Source of the DNA: an uncultured Ruminococcus sp.
GTDB lineage: Bacteria; Bacillota; Clostridia; Oscillospirales; CAG-272
DNA length: 64,000 nucleotides
NCBI GenBank assembly: GCA_964384555.1
Contig: CAYLLA010000003.1
Location: 3,339 to 67,338, forward strand
Direction of reading: 5' to 3'
In this document: positions 55,290 through 64,000 of the stretch, one piece after another
How the letters are laid out: each line of letters begins with the position of its first letter
Numbering within the stretch: position 1 is the stretch's first letter
Notes under the pieces: generated by a model
Database searches by the model: none
Seen by the model: the letters and a program-made list of their open reading frames with translations, nothing else
Told to the model about the DNA's origin: nothing
Made by a program: the position numbers and the translations under genes

Positions 55290-56309
55290 TTATCTGTCTT
55301 CGCCGTTGCCGGATCCGTCATCATCGTCATATTCATATTCTATCTCTACCGCAGGCTCACTGTCCGCGCTGTCACCGGTGACTGTCCTTATCATGTATTT
55401 TTCAATTACGGGATACGCACCATAGGTCTGGAGCAGTGTAAGACTGGGCAAAAGATAAAAGAGCGGGAAAATGAGCGGCACCACGATATTAAAGGGGCGG
55501 AAGATTATAAACAGCAAAGCATTTACGGCCAACAGAGCAACTATCCCAAGCACAGCCATAAGATTACGCTTGATGCCGAGTATCGAGAAGATAAGCGCGT
55601 TTTTAAAGATCTTGCCAAGCTTCATATCAAAGGTGACGAGCATCAGATAGATATAAAATCGCATGAAAAAGTACAATATGCAGAGCGCACACACGGCAAA
55701 GAACATAAAATCAAGCCAAAACGTTCCGCCGACCTGAATGCAATAAAGTATATCAACGGTGAGGATGATTGTTACCAGTGCATCGATGATGCCCATCAAA
55801 AGCCCCTGTTTCCAGTTGCGCTTTACCGCATACATAAAATCACTGAAAACGAACACCGGCTCGCGCCTGAACATACTGCGCGCGCAATATGTAGCGCCAA
55901 CATGCACCGCGCCCCAAATAAGCAGCAAGACCACGGCCATTGCAACACAGGTGTATATTCCGCCCGCCCCCATAACATGCAGATCTATCTGCTGACCGAA
56001 TATCCCAAGCATCGACAAAAGAGTAGGGGAGTAACTGTAGAGATATGACCCGTACAGTGTCGTATAGATGGTGCTTTCCTGCGAAGGCGTAGTCCCGCTG
56101 TTAACATATATAAATATGATAACGATGAACGGAACGAGCAACAAAAGCATTGGCAGGTTCAGCGACAGGATGCGGCTGAAATTTCTTGCATAAAACTTAG
56201 GCATACTGCGCAGATTTGGCACAAACGGCTTTTCTTTTTTTGCATCCGGCTTGTTCGGATGGAAGAATTCATAGAGCTTTGAGCTGAATGACTTTTTTTC
56301 GTCTTTCAT
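55290..56309 (-). CDS. Polytopic membrane protein (possibly YesL/DUF624-like) with an acidic C-terminal tail
   Basis: About 6 TM helices. The segment FYARNFSRILSLNLPMLLLLVPFIV resembles DUF624. Weak assignment. Confidence 0.4.
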   Translation of the reverse strand: MKDEKKSFSSKLYEFFHPNKPDAKKEKPFVPNLRSMPKFYARNFSRILSLNLPMLLLLVPFIVIIFIYVNSGTTPSQESTIYTTLYGSYLYSYSPTLLSMLGIFGQQIDLHVMGAGGIYTCVAMAVVLLLIWGAVHVGATYCARSMFRREPVFVFSDFMYAVKRNWKQGLLMGIIDALVTIILTVDILYCIQVGGTFWLDFMFFAVCALCILYFFMRFYIYLMLVTFDMKLGKIFKNALIFSILGIKRNLMAVLGIVALLAVNALLFIIFRPFNIVVPLIFPLFYLLPSLTLLQTYGAYPVIEKYMIRTVTGDSADSEPAVEIEYEYDDDDGSGNGEDR

Positions 56310-56363
56310 TTTTTATTTGACCCCATTTATTTGCATTTTTGAATTTATGATCATTCTCACACC

Positions 56364-57056
56364 TTACAGCGTAAGAATATGTATGAACAACAGATATACG
56401 GCTCGAAGTATCAGCACAGCGCCCTCCGTGGCGATACACACCACAAGATATGCGCCGAACCTTGCCGTAAAGATCACCCCGGAGTCTCTCTCCGAAAGAC
56501 TGCGAAACACACCGGATGCGCGTTCAGCAAAGCTCGAAAAGAAAACGAGCAGTACCGAGATGACGGATGAAAACAAAAGATACACCACAGCGCACGCACC
56601 GCCGTGCTTTGTTTTGAGCATACCTGCAGCGGCAAGAGTTGCAAGCACACCGACCGACACACCAAGCCCCACGCCCCTTGCCATTATAAGAAGCGTACAG
56701 CCTTGGCGACATATATAGCTGACTCCGAACATCGCGGAAAGCAGAAAAAGCACAGCATCGACCGCCGATGCATCCGCCACGCGCATCAATACATCAAAAA
56801 AGCCCGCCACACCTTCAAAGGGCGGATAAAAACTTCCCGCGGCACGCTCCACAAGCGCGGCGCTGTACTCGTACCCGCACACGGCATTAAAGATAAGACC
56901 AATAGCAACTCCCGCAACCAAAACGGCAAAGGCGCGGATCGATGCCGAATGCTCACCGGCCACACGCTCGATACCCGAACGTATCTCGCCGTGTCCGGAA
57001 TTATCTTTATTATCTTTGTTATCGTTTTTATTATTTATATCGTTATTCATCTCCAC
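56364..57056 (-). CDS. Polytopic membrane protein (possibly SpoIIM-like)
   Basis: Asn/Asp/Lys-rich N-terminus, then about 5 TM helices. LIMARGVGLGVSVGVL loosely resembles the SpoIIM core. Weak assignment. Confidence 0.35.
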   Translation of the reverse strand: MEMNNDINNKNDNKDNKDNSGHGEIRSGIERVAGEHSASIRAFAVLVAGVAIGLIFNAVCGYEYSAALVERAAGSFYPPFEGVAGFFDVLMRVADASAVDAVLFLLSAMFGVSYICRQGCTLLIMARGVGLGVSVGVLATLAAAGMLKTKHGGACAVVYLLFSSVISVLLVFFSSFAERASGVFRSLSERDSGVIFTARFGAYLVVCIATEGAVLILRAVYLLFIHILTL

Positions 57057-57147
57057 GCCTTTCGTATATCTATATAAGCATCAAGTGCTAAATAAAATAT
57101 ACGGCGCGTGGAGATCTTATATGCTATTCGGATGATACGTTATAGGT

Positions 57148-57969
57148 TCATTGATCACTTGACTGACTGTCCGTCGGCACGGCAAAAGCCAATACCGACA
57201 CCGCACACGCCGTTGAGAGCGAGCCCATAAACTCGCGCCCATATGCGATACGTACATTGCCGTCACACATAGCAGAAAGAGATGCGGATATTCCGCGCTT
57301 TTCGCCGCCCATTACCAAAAGTATCGGGCGATCAAGGCATGCTTTGGTGTGATCGGTAGAATTGCGTATCTCGGAGCAGAGCGTGCGATAACCGGCCGAC
57401 TTAAAGTGCAATACCGCATCTGCAGAACCGCTCGCGGCAGAATATATCGGCATATGCTCGTAAGCGCCGGCCGACGAGCGGGCAATGATGCCCTCCGCGC
57501 TGATGAAATGCCCACCGGGGATCACAACACCATCCGCACCTGCGGCGTATAGCGAGCGCAGGGAATAGCCAAAGCTGTAGGGATCCTCGATCCCGTCAAA
57601 AAGCATAAAAAAGCCACAGCTCGGCAGTTTGGCATCGGATAGGGGCAGAATGTGCCTTGGTCCTACATGTGCGGCAATGCCGCCGTGCGTTTTACCCGAT
57701 GTGAGCATATCAAGCTCCTCCGGTTCGCACATTTCAAGCGAAAAACCGTGCTTTGCCGACATGGCGCGAAGATAGGAAAGCCGCCTGACAAAGCGTGAAT
57801 TGCCGCGCAGTTTTGAACTGTCGGCCAAGACCTCATATATCTCGCGAGACGGCCGTCCGCAGTCCAGCGCACCGATGCACGCCGATACCGAGGTCATGCC
57901 CTCAAGGATTATGCGGTCTTTTTTGTTTTCCTCGTTGTTGTCTACATTAAATACAGTATTAGGCTCCAT
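57148..57969 (-). CDS. TrmH/SpoU-family RNA 2'-O-methyltransferase
   Basis: SPOUT C-terminal motifs (LLVMGGEKRGIS, IAYGREFMGSLSTACAVSV) and an N-terminal substrate-binding domain. Confidence 0.8.
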   Translation of the reverse strand: MEPNTVFNVDNNEENKKDRIILEGMTSVSACIGALDCGRPSREIYEVLADSSKLRGNSRFVRRLSYLRAMSAKHGFSLEMCEPEELDMLTSGKTHGGIAAHVGPRHILPLSDAKLPSCGFFMLFDGIEDPYSFGYSLRSLYAAGADGVVIPGGHFISAEGIIARSSAGAYEHMPIYSAASGSADAVLHFKSAGYRTLCSEIRNSTDHTKACLDRPILLVMGGEKRGISASLSAMCDGNVRIAYGREFMGSLSTACAVSVLAFAVPTDSQSSDQ

Positions 57970-58210
57970 GTTCCATCCGCCGCTGTTATCAAATAATAAG
58001 ATTTATCACACACTCGGTCATTAATATGACTTCGATATTCATATAGTATATCATAAATATATTTTGCACAGGTGAACTATTTACGACCGTGCCAAAAACA
58101 AAACCGCGCGGCGCAAGTCAGATAAAATATTTTTTCTTTTTTTCAACCTGTCAGATGAGTATTCGTTCGCCGCAGTCAGCAAACTACGCGGCGAGATGGT
58201 GGGGAACTGT

Positions 58211-58528
58211 ATGTACATAAATGATAGTAGAGAACGCTGTATATATCTTGCGGAGTATATGCTTGCAAGCCGCGCCACGGTGAGGGGGGCGGCATCAAAC
58301 TTTGGAATAAGCAAAAGCACGGTGCACAAGGATGTTACCGTTGTGCTGAAGCGAGTGGATCTGCCGCTTTACCTGCGCGTTGCGGAACTGCTTGAGGAAA
58401 ATAAGCGCCAGCGGCATATTCGCGGCGGTGAAGCAACAAAGAAAAAATACGCCGGTTTAAAAAGAGGCATTGTCAATGGCGCGCCGCCGAGCGCGGTCTG
58501 TACCGCACAGGACGGCAAAAAGACTTGA
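58211..58528 (+). CDS. spoIIID: Sporulation transcriptional regulator SpoIIID
   Basis: RATVRGAASNFGISKSTVHKDV helix-turn-helix and HIRGGEATKKKY, both hallmark SpoIIID segments. Confidence 0.9.
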   Translation: MYINDSRERCIYLAEYMLASRATVRGAASNFGISKSTVHKDVTVVLKRVDLPLYLRVAELLEENKRQRHIRGGEATKKKYAGLKRGIVNGAPPSAVCTAQDGKKT

Positions 58529-59264
58529 TGGAGTGCATGAGAGCAAAGAAATCATCATCGCCCATGTTTTTACGCAGTGGCGCCAAATGCTTTTCCATCT
58601 CAATGCCCGGGCATTCACTCCTGTGATTGCCGGTACCAAAGACCACGCGCACAGAGGACCCTAAAAGCTTTAACACATATCGTCTTACATCCTTATCCGC
58701 GAGTGATCTTACATTAAATTGAAATGTCGCGCCCGGAATACGCTCAAGACTTTCAAGATCCGTGGCAGAATATGTAATAAGGCAGTTGTCGTAATTGGTG
58801 AAAATGGGTCTGTAGCGAGTATGGTGTATCAATTTGTTGATATCGAACCACACGGCATCATCAAAAAACGGGAAGGGAAGCGTAAACAATATGTGATCCG
58901 AGCTTCCGACACAAAATCTGTACAGCTCCGGGTAGTCAAAGCACCCGGGATGCCAAATAAGATCGGTGGCTTGGCAATAGTTTACCCAAGCAGGAAGCTT
59001 TGGCTGCAATTCGCGATACCTGTGCCCGCGAAGCTGAAGAAATGCATTCATTGATCTGAAATGCAACGGCAGACCCAAGTGGAAGGACGGTGCAAATACC
59101 ACGCGCCCAATGTTGTATTCATATGCGCCGGACATGATCTCTGCCGCCGCGGCAATGTCTGCCGCGCCCTCATCCGGCATGGGGAGCGCCTTGCAGTAAA
59201 AATCCGTGTAGATACCGTGATGCATGATGTCTTTACCTAACACACGACGGACACAAACGGTCAT
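58473..59264 (-). CDS. Degenerate PHP-domain (CpsB/YwqE-like) protein lacking the metal-binding His residues; start uncertain (59264 or 59225)
   Basis: DFYCKALPMPDEGA compared with DIHCHILPGIDDGA, FAPSFH with TPHH, FTNYDNC with AHPER, and GTGNH with GSDAH. The family scaffold is recognisable but catalytic positions are substituted. The 3' end overlaps spoIIID by 56 nt. Confidence 0.45.
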   Translation of the reverse strand: MTVCVRRVLGKDIMHHGIYTDFYCKALPMPDEGAADIAAAAEIMSGAYEYNIGRVVFAPSFHLGLPLHFRSMNAFLQLRGHRYRELQPKLPAWVNYCQATDLIWHPGCFDYPELYRFCVGSSDHILFTLPFPFFDDAVWFDINKLIHHTRYRPIFTNYDNCLITYSATDLESLERIPGATFQFNVRSLADKDVRRYVLKLLGSSVRVVFGTGNHRSECPGIEMEKHLAPLRKNMGDDDFFALMHSIKSFCRPVRYRPRSAARH

Positions 59265-59523
59265 CGGCCGGTGGGATCCTTTGCTGAATTTTTTGATAAG
59301 TAAACGCAGTTAAGCGAGGTACATATGCAGATAATTAAGTTCTGCCTAGGATCGATCTTCGGCGCAACGCACCCGCCACTCGTCGCGCATCGAGGCAAAC
59401 TTGCCGTTGTTGCAGTCTCAGCGTAACGGATAGATGACCACACTGTCGGGGTCTCTGCTAAACAGGGAGGTGCACCCGCCGCGCTCTTGAAGTCCGCACA
59501 CCCTGCATACCACCATTCACGTA

Positions 59524-59555
59524 CAACTTCGCAAAATCAAAGTTTTGCGAAGTTG
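59524..59555. repeat. Perfect 13-bp inverted repeat (hairpin) with a 6-nt loop
   Basis: CAACTTCGCAAAA-TCAAAG-TTTTGCGAAGTTG. Confidence 0.9.
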
Positions 59556-59769
59556 AGGGAATCGGTTGCGGAGAAAAAGACGGTATTCTTAGCTTACCGC
59601 AGTGTTTTATCACTTGCGGCGCATTTTCACGCGCTCTTGCGGGATCGACCTGCCGAAACTACAGTTATTTATATCCTTGAAGCAATTTGTTGTCTGCAGC
59701 AGATATTAATTGCGAAGCTTTATCGCGCGGTCGATTGCACCGTGCTTGCGTGCTGCGGGTCTCGCCTAA

Positions 59770-60435
59770 TCAATCCGACCACGGTGCGTAGGATTCGTCT
59801 GTTATCGTCATCCGTCCCGCGCCGTCCTCTTTGATGGTCAGATATTTTTTTCTTATCGCATCACTGCCCATATCGTTGCGCAGTGTTCCGTTATTATTTT
59901 TTATCATGTACTCAATGGCCATATTGTAGTAGCGCACGGCCTCATCACCCTCGTCATCGTATTTATAGTCAACAGCGGTGATCGTCAGCATATACAGCTT
60001 TTGCATGGTAAAGCCGGCCTTGGGCAAACGATCCTTATTATAAAACTCCGGCGCGTGGCAAGCGTTATAAGCCTCAGCATCACCGTTTATCATGGCATCG
60101 ATGTAATCAAGCAGGAAAAGTACCGCCTCGCGGTAGGTCTCGGAAACATCGGTAGTATCATCCCGCGTAACAGTTACAGTCAGCCCACTGCTGAGATCTG
60201 TATAGTACACACTGCGGTCGTAGCTCATATAGACCTTATCTTCAAAGATATTTTCGTCATAGTCGGCGTTGTAGAATGTATATTTATTGGTCTGTGCATT
60301 GTTTGGTTCTTCGCCTTTTTCAACAATCAAAAGTATAATGTAAAATACAGCCATGATCAGCAAGATCGCCGTCACAGCTATAATAATTCCGCGTTTTGCC
60401 GTTGTCCGCTTCCCTATTTCTCCGGCTTTTTTCAA
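59770..60435 (-). CDS. Hypothetical N-terminally anchored extracytoplasmic protein
   Basis: 221 aa with a single TM helix (GIIIAVTAILLIMAVFYIILLIV) and a Tyr/Asp-rich soluble domain. Confidence 0.6.
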   Translation of the reverse strand: MKKAGEIGKRTTAKRGIIIAVTAILLIMAVFYIILLIVEKGEEPNNAQTNKYTFYNADYDENIFEDKVYMSYDRSVYYTDLSSGLTVTVTRDDTTDVSETYREAVLFLLDYIDAMINGDAEAYNACHAPEFYNKDRLPKAGFTMQKLYMLTITAVDYKYDDEGDEAVRYYNMAIEYMIKNNNGTLRNDMGSDAIRKKYLTIKEDGAGRMTITDESYAPWSD

Positions 60436-60537
60436 GATATAGTCTCCTTGTTTTTATATTTTTATATATTTTATCACACGCAGTGCCGCATTTCAAGTAA
60501 CACGGGGTAAATTTTGCGGCATAAATGCATTTTTTTA

Positions 60538-60566
60538 TTGCACAAGATGCATTTTTGTGCTATAAT
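60538..60566 (+). promoter_or_regulatory. Sigma-70 promoter of apgM
   Basis: TTGCAC, 17-nt spacer, TATAAT with TGn extended -10. Confidence 0.6.
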
Positions 60567-60633
60567 AAGATGAAAAAATAGTATTCCTTTTTGGATATAT
60601 GAAATACTGCGAATCGAAAGGTAACATTTTAAT

Positions 60634-61860
60634 ATGAAATATCTTGTTTTGATCCCGGATGGAATGGCCGATGAACCGGTCCGTGAGCTTGGTGACCGCA
60701 CGCCTATGCAGGCGGCAGATAAGCCCATGATGGACAAGCTTGCCTCTATGGCGCATGTCGGCACCGTCCTTAATGTACCCCACGGAATGGTACCCGAATC
60801 GGATACCGCAAACATGGCAATACTCTCATTCGATCCCAAGGTGTATTCAAAAGGTCGCTCACCCCTTGAGGCTGTAAGCATGGGTATAGATATGCAACCC
60901 GGCGATGTTGCCATACGCTGCAACACGGTAACTCTCTCCGACGAGATAGAGGGTCAGCCCTACGAGGAGCGCGTGATGCTTGATCACTCAGCAGACGAGG
61001 TAACTACCGCAGAGGCTGACGAACTTATGCGCACGCTCAACGAGCATTTTGCAAACGATCACCGCCATTTTTACACCGGTGTGAGCTACCGCCACTGCCT
61101 TATTTGGAACGGTGTTGATGACGGCTACGATTTTGCTCGTCCGCACAACATAATCGGTCAAAAGATAGGCGACTATCTCCCGGATATAGAAAAAGCAGGT
61201 GAATACCGCCGTCTCATGGCAGAGGGAACAGCTCTCCTTGAGCATCACCCGGTAAACGAAGCGCGCCGCGCTCGCGGCCTCAAGCCCGCAAATGCCATTT
61301 GGCTCTGGAGCGCAGGAAGAAAGCCCGCACTTCCCTCTTTCAGCGAAAAATTCGGCCTCACCGCCACCGTTGTATCCGCCGTTGACCTCATTAAAGGAAT
61401 AGGCATTTGCGCCGGCATGAATGTTGTTGACGTTGAGGGTGCGACCGGAAACGTTCACACAAATTACGAGGGCAAGGCGCAGGCGGCGATAGATGCTTTT
61501 AACTCCGGCTCGGATCTCGTTTATGTTCATGTCGAAGCACCGGATGAGTGCGGACACCGCGCCGAGATCGAAAACAAGGTGCTGGCCATCGAGCTTATCG
61601 ACAAGAAGATACTGACACCCCTATACGATCATCTTTCCGGATGCGGTGAGGACTTTGGCATAATGGTCCTGCCGGATCACCCCACACCTCTTGCACGGCG
61701 CACCCACACGTCAGATCCCGTGCCGTATTTTGTATATTCCAGCCGCAAAAAGGATAGCGGCGTTGATAGCTTCACCGAGGAGACCGCACGCGCCAAAGAA
61801 AGCTTTTTGCCGGACGGCTCCGGTCTGATGCAGTCATTTATCGACTACTGCAAAATGTAA
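60634..61860 (+). CDS. apgM: Cofactor-independent phosphoglycerate mutase, archaeal/ApgM type
   Basis: MKYLVLIPDGMAD..., TPMQAADKPMMD, PESDTANMAILSFDP, and VHVEAPDECGH, which belongs to the alkaline-phosphatase superfamily metal site. Confidence 0.8.
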   Translation: MKYLVLIPDGMADEPVRELGDRTPMQAADKPMMDKLASMAHVGTVLNVPHGMVPESDTANMAILSFDPKVYSKGRSPLEAVSMGIDMQPGDVAIRCNTVTLSDEIEGQPYEERVMLDHSADEVTTAEADELMRTLNEHFANDHRHFYTGVSYRHCLIWNGVDDGYDFARPHNIIGQKIGDYLPDIEKAGEYRRLMAEGTALLEHHPVNEARRARGLKPANAIWLWSAGRKPALPSFSEKFGLTATVVSAVDLIKGIGICAGMNVVDVEGATGNVHTNYEGKAQAAIDAFNSGSDLVYVHVEAPDECGHRAEIENKVLAIELIDKKILTPLYDHLSGCGEDFGIMVLPDHPTPLARRTHTSDPVPYFVYSSRKKDSGVDSFTEETARAKESFLPDGSGLMQSFIDYCKM

Positions 61861-61876
61861 TGAACGGAGTGTACAA

Positions 61877-62551
61877 ATGCCACAGTTAAGCAATAAAAAA
61901 AGCTACCTATCTCGCAAAGGCTCCGCCTCCCAACCCAAAGAAAAAAAGCAGTCGGCGGTTGCCGAGATATTTGATTACTACGAACTGTGCATCCTCTCGC
62001 TTTGCACCGTTATCATACTGTTCAGCTTTTTTATAAGGCTTTGCCGTGTTGACGGTCAATCGATGGAGGACACACTCAAAAACAACGAGATGCTGCTCGT
62101 TTCGGATATTTTTTATACTCCCGAGCGCGGGGACATAATAGTATTCCACCAAACCGGAGTGCAAAACCGCGCCGACGGTGAAGTATACAGCTTTTCGCTC
62201 AACGAGCCTGTTGTAAAGCGCGTAATCGCCACAGAGGGCGAATGGATATATCTAAAGCATACTGACGGTCGCCTTGCCGTGACCATATATGACAGCAACA
62301 TGGAGAACCCGCGCGTGCTTGACGAGGACTACGCCAAATACTTCGGCTCGCCGCTTGCCGACCCCACGGGATCTACGGTGCATGATTACCCACTGCAGAT
62401 ACCAAAAGGATATGTTTTCGTTATGGGCGACAACAGGTGGCATTCGTCAGACAGCCGCGCAAGATTTATAGGACTTGTTGATACACGCAGGATACTCGGC
62501 CACGCACTTATGCGCATAACGCCCTTTGATAAGATGGGCGCGGTAGACTGA
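61877..62551 (+). CDS. lepB: Signal peptidase I
   Basis: VDGQSMEDTL (catalytic Ser), VKRVIATEGE (Lys) and GDNRWHSSDSR. Confidence 0.9.
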   Translation: MPQLSNKKSYLSRKGSASQPKEKKQSAVAEIFDYYELCILSLCTVIILFSFFIRLCRVDGQSMEDTLKNNEMLLVSDIFYTPERGDIIVFHQTGVQNRADGEVYSFSLNEPVVKRVIATEGEWIYLKHTDGRLAVTIYDSNMENPRVLDEDYAKYFGSPLADPTGSTVHDYPLQIPKGYVFVMGDNRWHSSDSRARFIGLVDTRRILGHALMRITPFDKMGAVD

Positions 62552-62606
62552 TCGTAACGATACTCAGATCAAACAAAAACAACCACCAACAACGGAGTAA
62601 TTACAA

Positions 62607-63479
62607 ATGGGAGTTCAATCAAAGCAGATACAGTGGTTCCCGGGCCACATGGCCAAGACACGCCGAATGATAAGCGAGTGCCTGACCGATGTTGATGCCG
62701 TTATAGAAATACTTGATGCGCGCATACCGGCCGCCTCACGTAACCCGGAGATAGACCGTATATGCGGCGAAAAGCCGAGACTGGTGCTCCTTAACAAGGC
62801 GGGGCTTGCCGATCCCGCCATCACCGCGGCATGGGTAAAAAAATATACTAAAAACGGTATCCTGTGCCTTGCATGCGATTGCCAAAGCGGGCTTGGTATA
62901 TCCGAAATCGCGCCCGCACTGCGCGGGCTTTGCGCCGAAAAACTGCAAAGATACCGCGACCGCGGCATGAGCGGCAGAAAATTAAAGACCATGGTGCTCG
63001 GCATCCCCAACGTTGGCAAATCATCCTTGATAAACCGACTCACGGGAGCTAAAAAGGCAAAGGTCGAAAATCGCCCCGGGGTAACACTTGATAAGCAATG
63101 GGTGGCCACATCTATCGGAATAGATCTTTTGGACATGCCGGGCGTTCTTTGGCCTAAATTTGATGACAAGCGCGTGGCGGAGGATCTGGCTCTTACCGGA
63201 GCGATAAAGGACAAGATACTCGATCCCGAGGAGCTGGCATCCGTGCTCTGCGCACGACTGCAAAAGCACTGCCCCGAGCTTTTGTGCGAAAGATACAAGC
63301 TTGATATCGAACAATTGGATGGACTCATGGGCTACGAGATACTTGAGCTTGTGGGGCGCCGCCGCGGATTTTTGATATCCGGCGGTGAGGTGGATCTTGA
63401 ACGCACCTCCAAAATGATGATAGACGAGTTCCGCTCATCCAAGATCGGCCGCATATCGCTTGAAGCACCGAGGATCTGA
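62607..63479 (+). CDS. rbgA: Ribosome biogenesis GTPase A (YlqF/RbgA)
   Basis: QWFPGHMAK, circularly permuted GTPase motifs (LLNKAGL ... GIPNVGKSSLINRL ... DMPG). Confidence 0.93.
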   Translation: MGVQSKQIQWFPGHMAKTRRMISECLTDVDAVIEILDARIPAASRNPEIDRICGEKPRLVLLNKAGLADPAITAAWVKKYTKNGILCLACDCQSGLGISEIAPALRGLCAEKLQRYRDRGMSGRKLKTMVLGIPNVGKSSLINRLTGAKKAKVENRPGVTLDKQWVATSIGIDLLDMPGVLWPKFDDKRVAEDLALTGAIKDKILDPEELASVLCARLQKHCPELLCERYKLDIEQLDGLMGYEILELVGRRRGFLISGGEVDLERTSKMMIDEFRSSKIGRISLEAPRI

Positions 63480-63592
63480 CAGCTCCGATGATAGCGACAC
63501 AGCGCACGGCCGTAGGTTGTATCTAAACACTTAACACACCCCGACACACCTAAACACACCGAAAAACAAAACAACAACTCGCGGAGGCCAAG

Positions 63593-64000
63593 ATGCCAAG
63601 ATCGGAAAAAGCCAACAAAACGGAAAAGATACTCACCCCCGAAAAAGAGATCCAACTTATCAGTGCCGGCTATGACCTTGTATGCGGAATAGATGAGGCG
63701 GGGCGCGGGCCGCTTTGCGGGCCTGTGGTCGCCGCCGCTTGCATTCTCCCGCAGGGCGCGGTGATAGAGGGGCTCAATGACTCAAAAAAGCTCACTCCCG
63801 CCAAACGCGATAAACTGTACGAGACCATCCGGAACACGGCAGTGGACTATGCGATCGCCGAGGCAACAGTGGAGGAGATAGACGAGCTGAACATCCTTGA
63901 GGCAACACTGCTTGCAATGCGGCGCGCCGTCGCCACGCTAAAAAATGCGCCGGATTATCTTTTGGTGGATGGTAATATCTATCGCGGATTCGATATTCCC
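63593..64000 (+). CDS. rnhB: Ribonuclease HII, 5' fragment (3' end outside window)
   Basis: Not in the ORF track because there is no stop in the window. GGAGG RBS 5 nt upstream of the ATG at 63593. [18 protein letters not shown] and [12 protein letters not shown] are RNase HII motifs. The gene follows lepB-rbgA as in other Firmicutes. Confidence 0.9.
   Translation, partial: MPRSEKANKTEKILTPEKEIQLISAGYDLVCGIDEAGRGPLCGPVVAAACILPQGAVIEGLNDSKKLTPAKRDKLYETIRNTAVDYAIAEATVEEIDELNILEATLLAMRRAVATLKNAPDYLLVDGNIYRGFDIP

Noticed and set aside
59281-59520. Partial resemblances in the spacer to several riboswitch signatures: cobalamin (CCCGCCACTCGT versus CCCGCCACTGT), c-di-AMP/ydaO (CCCGACAG..., ACCTCG...), SAM-I (CTTATCAA..., GGCCGATGA) and c-di-GMP-I (GGCAAAC).
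   Set aside because: Each match covers only one short element. The other obligatory conserved elements are absent or in the wrong order: the B12 box, GGGGACCCA/GGGTGAATC, the GAAAGATAAG P1 partner, and ACGCAAAGC.
59487-59834. A 115-aa plus-strand ORF (TTG start) and a 60-aa minus-strand ORF (59261..59443) inside the large spacer.
   Set aside because: Their composition is not protein-like (His/Arg/Ser/Cys-rich, no hydrophobic periodicity). The only SD-like sequence is 14 nt from the TTG. The first ORF runs antisense into the neighbouring gene.
1-64000. Looked for CRISPR arrays, long direct or inverted repeats, IS elements or transposases, integrases, reverse transcriptases (retrons, DGRs), rRNA genes and additional tRNAs.
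   Set aside because: None was seen by eye in either strand. Apart from the short repeats listed above, I found no periodic repeat-spacer structure and no ORF with recombinase or RT motifs. An exhaustive repeat search by computer was not possible here.

Overview
This 64-kb window looks like chromosomal DNA from a spore-forming Firmicute, probably a Clostridia-type organism. That guess rests on cotJABC, spoIIID, pdaA, the yggS-sepF-yggT-divIVA-ileS and lepB-ylqF-rnhB gene orders, and strong GGAGG ribosome-binding sites. I call about 62 protein genes and one tRNA-Ser(CGA). All family assignments come from reading motifs in the translated ORFs by eye; no database was searched. Most of the window is housekeeping: greA, lysS, purB, ileS, miaA, rsmA, rimM-trmD, uvrC, rsmD-coaD, nadE, feoAB, csoR-copA and several ABC transporters. 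I saw no rRNA, CRISPR array, transposase, integrase or reverse transcriptase.

No complete, obviously novel multi-gene system is visible. The places I would look at again are:
- **59265..59769:** a 505-bp gene-free, hairpin-dense spacer between two genes on the same strand, a candidate large structured RNA.
- **18.2-21.9 kb:** a small accessory segment just downstream of tRNA-Ser. It holds a degenerate copy of the tRNA 3' end, a low-GC orphan gene for a membrane-anchored protein with an RNxxxH (HEPN-like) motif, an orphan sigma factor behind an attenuator-like leader, and a frameshifted Y-family polymerase with a YolD-like gene.
- **21921..22162:** a roughly 240-nt leader with tandem repeats and two hairpins, driven by a perfect consensus promoter, upstream of an ABC uptake operon.
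- **44884..44918:** a minus-strand intrinsic terminator upstream of nadE. Together with the terminator-less convergent nadE/feoB junction, it suggests long antisense read-through.

Start codons were refined from the ORF track using ribosome-binding-site positions. They remain predictions.
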